DNA from: Rhodococcus sp. HM1 | GTDB lineage: Bacteria; Actinomycetota; Actinomycetes; Mycobacteriales; Mycobacteriaceae | DNA length: 24,000 nt | Assembly: GCF_023218075.1 (NCBI RefSeq) | Contig: NZ_JALPTB010000063.1 | Location: forward strand, 14,980 to 38,979 | Reading direction: 5' to 3' | Part shown: one piece after another, positions 15,488-22,788 of the stretch | Numbering within the stretch: position 1 is the first letter of the stretch | How the letters are laid out: every line of letters begins with the position of its first letter | Position numbers and translations under genes: made by a program | The notes under the pieces: model-generated | The model's input: only the letters and a program-made list of their open reading frames with translations | Database searches by the model: none | What the model was told of the DNA's origin: nothing

Positions 15488-16312
15488 ATGCCGAACTCGC
15501 TCCTGTGGATCGGACTCGTTGCCGTGTGGCTGTTCGTCCTGGTGCCGATGCTGGTCACGAAGCGCCCCCGTATCCGCCAGACGACCGACGCCGCGCTCGC
15601 TACGCGTGTACTGCACCGTGGTGACGACGACCCGATCACCCCGCGTGGTCCGGCCGCCGGTCACCGCAGCGACCCGAACTGGCGTCCCAGTCGCGACCGT
15701 CGCCGCGCACCGTTGGCGGCCGGTCGGGTGGACCGCCCCGCGGAGGACAGCATGGACACTCAGGAACTCGTCGATCTCGACGAGCGGCCACCCGAAGAAG
15801 CCGATCGAGCTCCCGCCCGTGAGTTCGTGCCCGCACGTCGCGGTCGCGGCGGCTTCGATCCGCACGCCGACGCGGTCGCCCGGGCGGCGCGGTACGAGTT
15901 CCGGCAGCGCGCCGTGCTCGGACTGCTGTTCGCGGCGATCATGACCGCGGCGCTCGCCCTCATCGCCTCGCCGGCCCTGTGGTGGCTGTGCGCGCTGGCG
16001 ACGGCAGCGCTGATCGGCTACCTGTTCTACCTGCGCCGGCAGGTGCGGCTCGAGCAGGAGATCCGTCGTCGCCGTATGGCCCGTCTCGCGCGGTCGCGCC
16101 TCGGCGTCGAATCACGCAGCGACGAGGAACTGCGCCTCATCCCGTCGCGGCTGCGGCGCCCCGGTGCCGTCGTCCTCGAGGTGGACGACGAGGATCCGGT
16201 CTTCGAACATCTCGACACCTACGCCGACGAGGTCGACACCCACGAACCTCGCGAACCCCGCGGACCCCGCGAGGAGCCGGACTACGAAGTGCGCCGCGCG
16301 TCCGGTCAGTGA
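15488..16312 (+). CDS. Conserved 3-TM membrane protein, Rv0996 / GlpR-SepX-like
   Basis: N-terminal TM segment LLWIGLVAVWLFVLVPMLV, a disordered charged linker, a TM pair (AVLGLLFAAIMTAALALIASPALWWLCALATAALIGYLFYL), and a charged C-terminal tail. Position after moeA-rimJ. Confidence 0.75.
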   Translation: MPNSLLWIGLVAVWLFVLVPMLVTKRPRIRQTTDAALATRVLHRGDDDPITPRGPAAGHRSDPNWRPSRDRRRAPLAAGRVDRPAEDSMDTQELVDLDERPPEEADRAPAREFVPARRGRGGFDPHADAVARAARYEFRQRAVLGLLFAAIMTAALALIASPALWWLCALATAALIGYLFYLRRQVRLEQEIRRRRMARLARSRLGVESRSDEELRLIPSRLRRPGAVVLEVDDEDPVFEHLDTYADEVDTHEPREPRGPREEPDYEVRRASGQ

Positions 16313-17100
16313 CCGCGCCGGCCCGTGACGACATGGGCCACCAGGGGTGCCGACACCGTTCCGTCCGCCTCCACGTACCGGGCCAGTTCGGTCCTCACGT
16401 CGCGGCGGATGGCCTCGCGGGTTACAGGTTCGATCCGCTCGGCGAGCGGGCTCCCGTCGATTTCCGTGTCCACGAACGTCTCCGGTGACGAGAAGCGGGC
16501 GGTGCCGGTGTGTGTCGTGCACCGGTCGACGCTCGCGCCCGCCTCGCCGACCAGCGCGGTCAGTTCGTCGCGGTCACCGCAACTCCAGTAGGTGTTCAGC
16601 AGCGACACCGCGTCGGGACCGGCGTGACGCGCCGCCACCTCGACGAGCAGCCGGTAGGCGGGCTGATCCGGCAGGGCCGCCGGCACGCACACGGTGAATC
16701 CGCGCGCGACGCGGTTCATCTCGGTCAGTGCTCGCCGACGGTCGGGGAAGAACATCAGCGCCATCTGGCACAGCGCGGCGTCGAACGTGTCGTCGGGAAA
16801 CGGCAGTGCGCCGGCGTCGCCGAGGCACCACCCGAGGTCGGGACGGATGCGCCGGGCCACCGCGAGCATGCCGGCGTTCAGGTCGAGGCCGACGACCCGG
16901 CCGTGCGGTCCGACCCGGTCGGCGGCTACGCGGGCCACCACCCCCGTCCCGCAGGCGACATCGAGGATCCGCTGACCCTCGGCGACCGCGGCCTGTTCGA
17001 CGACGAGTGGAGCCCACTGGGCGAACAGCGCCGGCACGAATCGGGATTCGTAGACTTCGGCGGCATCGGACGAGACCTGGAACGTTTCACGCCTGGTCAT
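16306..17100 (-). CDS. Class I SAM-dependent methyltransferase
   Basis: ATG 17100 (AAGGA upstream). Motif I is RILDVACGTGVVA, followed by VVGLDLNAGML and FDAALCQMALMFF. The track ORF 16306..17496 runs on through the tRNA gene and is over-extended. Confidence 0.85.
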   Translation of the reverse strand: MTRRETFQVSSDAAEVYESRFVPALFAQWAPLVVEQAAVAEGQRILDVACGTGVVARVAADRVGPHGRVVGLDLNAGMLAVARRIRPDLGWCLGDAGALPFPDDTFDAALCQMALMFFPDRRRALTEMNRVARGFTVCVPAALPDQPAYRLLVEVAARHAGPDAVSLLNTYWSCGDRDELTALVGEAGASVDRCTTHTGTARFSSPETFVDTEIDGSPLAERIEPVTREAIRRDVRTELARYVEADGTVSAPLVAHVVTGRRGH

Positions 17101-17199
17101 GTCCCCCATCCTTGTCCCTGTTACCGCATTTGACCAGGCGATTTCGTGCATGGGCAATCGGTTTGCTAGAGTTTGCGAGCGGTTCCGAGAGGGACCGAT

Positions 17200-17275
17200 G
17201 GGGCTGTGGCGCAGTTGGTAGCGCGCTTCGTTCGCATCGAAGAGGTCAGGGGTTCGATTCCCCTCAGCTCCACCA
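17200..17275 (+). tRNA. tRNA-Ala (anticodon CGC), CCA encoded
   Basis: Acceptor stem GGGGCTG/CAGCTCC with the G3:U70 alanine identity pair. D-arm GCGCAGTTGGTAGCGC. Anticodon stem cttcg/cgaag with loop TTCGCAT. T-arm AGGGGTTCGATTCCCCT, then ACCA. Confidence 0.93.
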
Positions 17276-17290
17276 TCTCGACGAGGTCTC

Positions 17291-17330
17291 AACCCTGCAC
17301 CCGCTACGGGCGCAGGGTTTCTTCGTATTC
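17291..17330 (+). terminator. Hairpin plus T-rich tail after tRNA-Ala
   Basis: aaccctgc...gcagggtt stem (17291-17319) followed by tcttcgtattc. Confidence 0.5.
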
Positions 17331-17443
17331 GGCCCAGTCGGGCGGGTGCGTTGTATTTGCCCGGAACGGCGGATATCGTGCGCCGCTGTCTCGACCGGGG
17401 TGTACTGGGTGGCACCCGAGACCCCGATCGAGGAGGACGCGTC

Positions 17444-17860
17444 GTGAGGCCCATAACCGTTGTCGTCTCCGTGCCGGTCACCGATCTGACGCGCACGCTG
17501 CGGTTCTACCGCGACGGACTGGGGCTCGAGACGCCGGGCATCGACGAGGGGATCATCCCGATCGAGTTGCCGAACCTCTCACTGTTCCTGATCGAACGGC
17601 AGGAGTACGCGCTGTACGCCGTCCGCGGAGGCGTCGAGGACGGCGGACAGCCGGTGCCGGGTACCTGCATCTTCTCCTGCGCGATCGCCGACAAGGAGGA
17701 AGTGGACCGAACCATCGAGCGGGCGCGAGAGGCCGGCGGCTCGGTGCCCGGCCCCGCCGAGGAGCAGGACGGCTCGTACACCGGATACGTCGCCGACCCC
17801 GACGGCCACCTGTGGGAACTCGTCTGGAACGCGCAGACCGAAGCCGCTGCCGCCGAGTAG
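17444..17860 (+). CDS. Glyoxalase/bleomycin-resistance (VOC) family protein
   Basis: GTG 17444 with GAGGAGGA 6 nt upstream. Product VRPITVVVSVPVTDLTRTLRFYRDGLGLE...GYVADPDGHLWELVWN. The track ORF start at 17351 would lie immediately downstream of the tRNA terminator tail (17320-17330) and lacks a ribosome-binding site. Confidence 0.8.
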   Translation: MRPITVVVSVPVTDLTRTLRFYRDGLGLETPGIDEGIIPIELPNLSLFLIERQEYALYAVRGGVEDGGQPVPGTCIFSCAIADKEEVDRTIERAREAGGSVPGPAEEQDGSYTGYVADPDGHLWELVWNAQTEAAAAE

Positions 17861-17968
17861 TCCCGGCCTCGCGCTCGGCGTCCCGATCCGTGACCGCCGG
17901 CTGGACCGTTATCGCAACGGCATCCGATCCGGTGGCAGGTCACAACGAAATTGGGAAGACTGGGTGAC

Positions 17969-18124
17969 ATGGAACACAGAATGAGTGACGACGAACTTCG
18001 GCGTGCGATTCGGGTGCTCCGCGAGCGCGCCGAGACAGCACGGCACGAGAACCGAACAGACGACGCCGAGCAGATCGAGGAAACGATCCGCCAGTACCAG
18101 GAGGAGATGGCGCAGCGTCTCTGA
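17969..18124 (+). CDS. Small helical hypothetical protein (51 aa; alternative ATG 17981)
   Basis: Hand-translated and absent from the ORF track: MEHRMSDDELRRAIRVLRERAETARHENRTDDAEQIEETIRQYQEEMAQRL. Weak ribosome-binding site and moderate GC3. It fills the only gap between the VOC gene and the GT2 gene. Confidence 0.3.
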   Translation: MEHRMSDDELRRAIRVLRERAETARHENRTDDAEQIEETIRQYQEEMAQRL

Positions 18125-18139
18125 CGGCCACCGCGCACC

Positions 18140-18919
18140 TCACCGGATGTCCACGTGTTCCGGGCGGAAGCGGTGGTCGTAGTACCACAGGAAGGTGTTG
18201 CGGTACCCCCACGCCGCGATGCGGCGGCACGACCCGTAGACGACCGCCCCGCGGCGCTTGCCGTATTCCGAGGTCAGCATGCGCACCCTGCCGTGCAGGG
18301 CCTTGTCCTCGTGCTCGTCCTCGATGCGGGTGCGCGGAAACCCGCCGGCGGCCTCGTACAGCTCCGCGGTGATCGCCATGTTGCAGCCCGGGGTGAGGAT
18401 GTACGGCCCGTGGAACTGCGGGCTGCGGAAGTCGGGGTTCAGCTTGCCGAGGTAGGTGCCGAGCACGAACATCGTGCGCATCCCGAGCATCTGTGACCAC
18501 GACAACCCCTCGTCGGTACGGGGACGCATCCGGCCGGCGATCATCCGCAGTCCCGCGTCGAACCCCGCGGTGAGTTCCGCGGTCCAGTTCGGATCGGGGA
18601 GGCAGTCGGCGTCGGTCCGCGCGAGGCGGGTCGCGCCGCGTGCCGCGGCGAAACGCATCCCGGTGTCGGCAGCCGCCCCGGTGCCCTTCTCCGGTTCCTC
18701 GACGACCTCGACGGACATGTCAGGATGGGCGGCGGAGAACTCCCGTACCCGCTGCACCGTGCGGTCGGTGGACATGTTGTCCACGACGACGACGTCGAAG
18801 TCCCGGTACCGTTGCGCGGCCAGCGCGCTCAGCGTCTGCCCTATGCGGGCTTCCTCGTCGAGGGCCGGGATCACCACGCACAAATCGGCCACGCCGCTTC
18901 TCGAACGGTTATCCGTCAT
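18140..18919 (-). CDS. Family 2 glycosyltransferase (GT-A fold), copy A
   Basis: 259 aa: LCVVIPALDEEARIGQTLSALAAQ..FDVVVVDNMSTDRT...PEKGTGAAADTGM...RTDADC (DxD-like). Confidence 0.88.
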   Translation of the reverse strand: MTDNRSRSGVADLCVVIPALDEEARIGQTLSALAAQRYRDFDVVVVDNMSTDRTVQRVREFSAAHPDMSVEVVEEPEKGTGAAADTGMRFAAARGATRLARTDADCLPDPNWTAELTAGFDAGLRMIAGRMRPRTDEGLSWSQMLGMRTMFVLGTYLGKLNPDFRSPQFHGPYILTPGCNMAITAELYEAAGGFPRTRIEDEHEDKALHGRVRMLTSEYGKRRGAVVYGSCRRIAAWGYRNTFLWYYDHRFRPEHVDIR

Positions 18920-18967
18920 CGGATGTCCCCCCTCATCGGATGTCCCCTTGTCACCGGATGTCCACCG
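18916..18967. repeat. Three tandem 17-18-nt copies of the GT2 gene 3' end at the junction of the two GT2 genes
   Basis: tcatcggatgtcccccc (18916-18932), tcatcggatgtccccttg (18933-18950) and tcaccggatgtccaccg (18951-18967). The same tcaccggatgtccac also ends copy A at 18140. Confidence 0.6.
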
Positions 18968-19707
18968 TCTCCGGCCGGAACCGATGCTCGGCGTACCAGC
19001 GCAGTGTGTTGCGGATTCCCCAGGCGGAGAACCGCCGCGTGGACATGCGGACGCGGACCGAGCGGCGCAGACCGTAGTCGGTGGTCAGGGTGCGCACCCG
19101 GTTGTGCAGGTACCGGTCCTCGTGCTCGTCCTGGATCCGGGTGCGCGGAAAGCCCCCCGCGGCCTCGTACAGCTCCGCGGTGATCGCCATGTTGCATCCG
19201 GGTGTGAGGACGTAGGTTCCGAGGAACTGCGGGCCGCGGTTGATCCTCCGGACCTTGGCGACGAGCGATCCGATCTCGATGACGATGCGCATGAGCACCA
19301 GCCGGGCGGGGGACAGGCCCTCGTCGGTGCGGGGCAGCAGTTGTCCCGCGATGCTGCGCAGGCCGCCGTCGAAGGCCGCCTCGATCTGCTCGGTCCAGTC
19401 GGGTTCGGGCACGCAGTCCGCGTCGGTCCGTGCCAGCCGCACGGCCCCCGCCTCGATGGCGTAGCGCATGCCGGTGTCCGCGGCGGCTCCGGTGCCCTTC
19501 TGCGGTTCGTGGATCAGGGTGAGGTCCAGGTCCGGGTGTGCGGAGGCGAATTCGTCGACGACCTCGACGGTGGAGTCGGTCGAGCCGTTGTCGACGACGA
19601 CCACGCGGAACTCGCGATTGCGCTGGTGCCGGAGTGCGGTGAGGGTGGCTGTGATGCCGGGGGGCCTCGTTGTAGGCCGGGATCACAACCCACAGGTCTG
19701 ACGCCAT
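18951..19707 (-). pseudogene. Family 2 glycosyltransferase, copy B, with a frameshift in a C6 (plus-strand G6) tract
   Basis: The N-terminus MASDLWVVIPAYNEAP (ATG 19707, GAGGA upstream) is in the frame of track ORF 18916..19902. The rest (VVVVDNGSTDST...RFRPETVDIR) is in the frame of track ORF 18951..19604. Removing one base from G6 at 19659-19664 gives ...AYNEAPGITATLTALRHQRNREFRVVVVDNGS..., collinear with copy A. Confidence 0.8.
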
Positions 19708-19863
19708 GTGGCCGTCCTCGGATGGCAGGGGCGAAGGTGGGCCCAGGCTACCGGCGCCGGGGGTGAATTCAGGACGAAATGGCGGAATGCGCCTCTCTGC
19801 TCTTGGAAAGCCGCGTACCGTCCTCGAGAGCCGGGTCCGGACTTGCAGGGGGAAGGGGCTCCG

Positions 19864-21267
19864 ATGGTCGCACTGACCATGGAATCGACCGGTCTGCCGC
19901 ACCCACGGTGGCGGGTGCCGATACTGGGGGACGTGCTCGGGGTGTCACCGCACCGAGCCATCCAGGATTCCTGGACGATGAGTCGCCGGCTCGGGCCGAT
20001 CTTCGAGCGACGCGCCCTCGGGCACCGCTTCGTCCTGGTGTCGGGAGTCGACCTGGTCGCCGAACTGTCCGACGAGACGCGATTCGCCAAGCACGTCGCG
20101 CCGGGTGTGGAGGCACTACGCGGGATCGGTGGCGACGCACTGTTCACCGCCTACAACCACGAAAAGAATTGGGCCCGTGCCCATGCGCTGCTGACGCCGG
20201 CGTTCACCCGGTCGGCGATGCGCAGCTATCACGCGGTGATGTGCGATGTCGCGTCCGACCTGGTCGGGTACTGGAACCGGAGCGCCGGCCGGCCGGTCGA
20301 CGTGGTCGAGGACATGATCAAGGTCGCGTTCGAGACCGTGGGGCGGGCAGGACTCGGGCACTCGTTCGGCTCGTTCGACCGTGCCAGTGCCCATCCCGCA
20401 CGCGCGGCGATGGCCCGGAGCCTCGTTCATGCTCAGCGCCGGACGCTGCGGAACGTCCCGGGGCTGCGCCGCATCGCCTACGGGTTCGCGGATCGCAGGA
20501 ACGCCGCCGATCTGGCGTTCCTGCACGACTCGATCGACGAGATCATTCGCGCGCGAGTCCGGTCCGGTCCCGCGCCGGACACCGATCTGCTCGAGATCAT
20601 GCTCGACGCGGCCCGCCGGGACGACCCGAACCGCCTGGACCGCGACAACATCCGCTACCAGGTGCTGACGTTCCTGCTCGCCGGGCACGAGACCACCGCC
20701 GCTCTGCTCGCGTTCGCGTTGCACTATCTCTCGCAGGATCCGGAGTTGTATGCGTCGGCCCGTGCCGAGGTCGACGCGGTGTGGGGCAGCGCGACCCCCG
20801 AATTCGAGCAGGTGCCCAAGCTGAGGTTGCTCCGACGGATCGTCGACGAGACACTGCGGTTGTGGCCCCCGGTTCCGGCGTTCGCCCGCGAGGCTCGCAC
20901 CGACACCGTGCTCGGCGGCCGGTACAGCATGCAGGCCGGCGACTGGGTCGTGGTTCTCGTGCTTGCGCTGCACCGTGATCCGGTGTGGGGCGACGACCCC
21001 GACCGATTCGATCCGGACCGGTTTCTTCCCGATCGGATCCGGCTGCGCCCACCGCACGTCTACAAGCCGTTCGGCACCGGTGCCCGGGCCTGTATCGGAC
21101 GGCAATTCGCAGTGCACGAAGCAGTTCTCGTGCTCGGCACGATCCTGCGCGAGTACGATCTCGTGCCCGATCCCGGCTATCGGCTGCGCATCCACGAACG
21201 GCTCAGTCTCTCGCCCGCGGGCCTCTCGCTGACGCCGCGCCCGCGTCGTCCGAGCGGTCCTGCGTAG
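19864..21267 (+). CDS. Cytochrome P450, CYP102 (BM3 heme-domain)-like, without a fused reductase
   Basis: GDALFTAYNHEKNWARAHALLTPAF, NIRYQVLTFLLAGHETTA, LRLWPPVPAF and the heme loop FGTGARACIGRQFAVHEA closely parallel the recalled P450 BM3 sequence. ATG 19864 is preferred over the track start 19708, which would reach into the divergent promoter region. Confidence 0.9.
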   Translation: MVALTMESTGLPHPRWRVPILGDVLGVSPHRAIQDSWTMSRRLGPIFERRALGHRFVLVSGVDLVAELSDETRFAKHVAPGVEALRGIGGDALFTAYNHEKNWARAHALLTPAFTRSAMRSYHAVMCDVASDLVGYWNRSAGRPVDVVEDMIKVAFETVGRAGLGHSFGSFDRASAHPARAAMARSLVHAQRRTLRNVPGLRRIAYGFADRRNAADLAFLHDSIDEIIRARVRSGPAPDTDLLEIMLDAARRDDPNRLDRDNIRYQVLTFLLAGHETTAALLAFALHYLSQDPELYASARAEVDAVWGSATPEFEQVPKLRLLRRIVDETLRLWPPVPAFAREARTDTVLGGRYSMQAGDWVVVLVLALHRDPVWGDDPDRFDPDRFLPDRIRLRPPHVYKPFGTGARACIGRQFAVHEAVLVLGTILREYDLVPDPGYRLRIHERLSLSPAGLSLTPRPRRPSGPA

Positions 21268-21322
21268 CGCTCGGGGGTCACGTAGGCTGGCGACTCCGCA
21301 CCTTCGTGACTGAGGAGACGAG

Positions 21323-22174
21323 TTGGGGATCAAGTCGTTCAAGGGGGCACTGACCGTCGTCACCGGTGCTGCGAGCGGTATCGGCAGGGCGGTCGCGATC
21401 GCCGCCGCGGACGAGGGCGCTCGTCTGTTGCTCACCGACATCGACGAGGCGGGCCTCGACGACGTGGTGGCGCTCATCGGTTCCCGCGGCGGAGAGGTCC
21501 TGCACCACAGCGCCTTCGACATCACGGATTTCGAGGCCGTGCGGGCCTTCGCCGACGAGGTCCACGAGCGGTTCGGCAGCGTCGACGTCGTGATGAACAT
21601 CGCCGGCACGTCGGTGTGGGGCACCGTCGAAAACCTCGAGCACCGGCACTGGAAGAAGATGGTCGACGTCAATCTGATGGGGCCCATCCACGTCATCGAG
21701 TGCTTCGTACCGTCGATGATCGAGGCGGGCCGTGGCGGGCAGCTGGTCAATGTGTCCTCCGCGGCCGGACTGCTCGCGCTTCCGTGGCACGCCGCGTACA
21801 GCGCCGCGAAGTTCGGGGTGCGCGGTGTCTCCGAGGTGTTGCGCCACGACCTGAAACGGCACCGGATCGGGGTGAGCCTCGTGGTGCCCGGTGCGGTGCG
21901 CACGCCCCTCGTCGACGCCGCCGAGATCGCCGGGTTCGACCGCAAGGATCCGCGCATCCAGGCATTCACCCGCAGGTTCTCGGCGCACGGGATCACCCCG
22001 GAGCTGGCGGCGAAGCGGATCCTCGCCGGTGTCAAGCGCAACCGATTCCTGGTCTACACGTCGTTCGACATCAGGTTCGGCTACTGGTGGGCCCGCAAGT
22101 TCGCGCCCCCGTACGAGTACACGATGCAGAAGGCCAACGACTACTTCAGCAAGGTGCTGCTGCCGCCGGTGTGA
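21323..22174 (+). CDS. Short-chain dehydrogenase/reductase (classical SDR)
   Basis: TTG start with GAGGAG upstream. Motifs TGAASGIGRA, NIAG and the catalytic S...YSAAK. Confidence 0.9.
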   Translation: MGIKSFKGALTVVTGAASGIGRAVAIAAADEGARLLLTDIDEAGLDDVVALIGSRGGEVLHHSAFDITDFEAVRAFADEVHERFGSVDVVMNIAGTSVWGTVENLEHRHWKKMVDVNLMGPIHVIECFVPSMIEAGRGGQLVNVSSAAGLLALPWHAAYSAAKFGVRGVSEVLRHDLKRHRIGVSLVVPGAVRTPLVDAAEIAGFDRKDPRIQAFTRRFSAHGITPELAAKRILAGVKRNRFLVYTSFDIRFGYWWARKFAPPYEYTMQKANDYFSKVLLPPV

Positions 22175-22196
22175 GCGGCCGGGCGCTTCGCGCCCC

Positions 22197-22236
22197 GTGT
22201 GCCTTTGTGGCGCCTCCCACCGCCACAACGGCACAC
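22197..22236. terminator. Long hairpin between the convergent SDR and nitrobindin-like genes
   Basis: gtgtgcctttgtggcg (22197-22212) pairs with cgccacaacggcacac (22221-22236) as a 16-bp stem with one mismatch and an 8-nt loop. Confidence 0.5.
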
Positions 22237-22241
22237 CGGGT

Positions 22242-22745
22242 CTAGCTCGTCGTGTGCCGCGTGAGTTGTGCGTGCAGATGATGGGTCAGCGGCGTCGAGT
22301 CGTGCGCCATCCACAGGTCGTAGGTGAGGGTGTCGCCGTCGAGGACGAACCGGCGGCGCAGCTCGTGCACGGGCTTCGCGTCCGGTGACCGCTCGAGATG
22401 CACGGCGGTGAAATCGAGGACGCCGTGCGTGAGCCGCGACCGCTGGATCTCGACGAAGCCGGTGGGCTGCGACACCAGAAGTTCCACTTCGTGACCACTG
22501 CGGCGCAGGTAGCCGTTCTCGGTGTGCAGCGGGCGCCCGTCGTCGCGGGCACGGGTGCGGCTGACGTACATCAGGAACGGTTTTCCGGGAATCGACGTGA
22601 ACTCGATTGTCTCGTCGTAGGCGAAGTCGTCGATGGTGGGGTAGTGGCCGTCGCCGCCGCCGACCCATCGGCCGGCGAACGGTGCAAGTTCGCCGAGCGG
22701 GTCCGAATCCGTCACGTGTGGTGCTCCTCGCTCGCGTATGGGCAC
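22242..22745 (-). CDS. Nitrobindin / THAP4-like heme-binding beta-barrel (DUF1794, FABP-like) protein
   Basis: LAPFAGRWVGGGDGHYPTIDDFAYDETIEFTSIPGKPFLMYVSRTRARDDGRPLHTENGYLR parallels the recalled M. tuberculosis Rv2717c (LLGSWAGRGAGKYPTI..F.Y.EEV.F...GKPFL.Y.Q.T......PLH.E.GYLR). Confidence 0.78.
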   Translation of the reverse strand: MPIRERGAPHVTDSDPLGELAPFAGRWVGGGDGHYPTIDDFAYDETIEFTSIPGKPFLMYVSRTRARDDGRPLHTENGYLRRSGHEVELLVSQPTGFVEIQRSRLTHGVLDFTAVHLERSPDAKPVHELRRRFVLDGDTLTYDLWMAHDSTPLTHHLHAQLTRHTTS

Positions 22746-22788
22746 GTCGATCCTCCCACCCGCCGGGCAGCGGCACTACCGTTGACGC

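Noticed and set aside
18916-19902. 328-aa ORF in the ORF track that overlaps GT2 copy B.
   Set aside because: Only its codons 66-81 (MASDLWVVIPAYNEAP) are genuine GT2 sequence. Upstream it runs through the divergent promoter region. Downstream of the C6 tract it is the out-of-frame Arg-rich read-through.
17200-22241. tRNA-Ala followed by accessory-looking genes, considered as a tRNA-integrated genomic island.
   Set aside because: There is no integrase, recombinase or transposase. I could find no direct repeat of the tRNA 3' end downstream. GC content and codon usage look native. It is better described as a variable chromosomal region.
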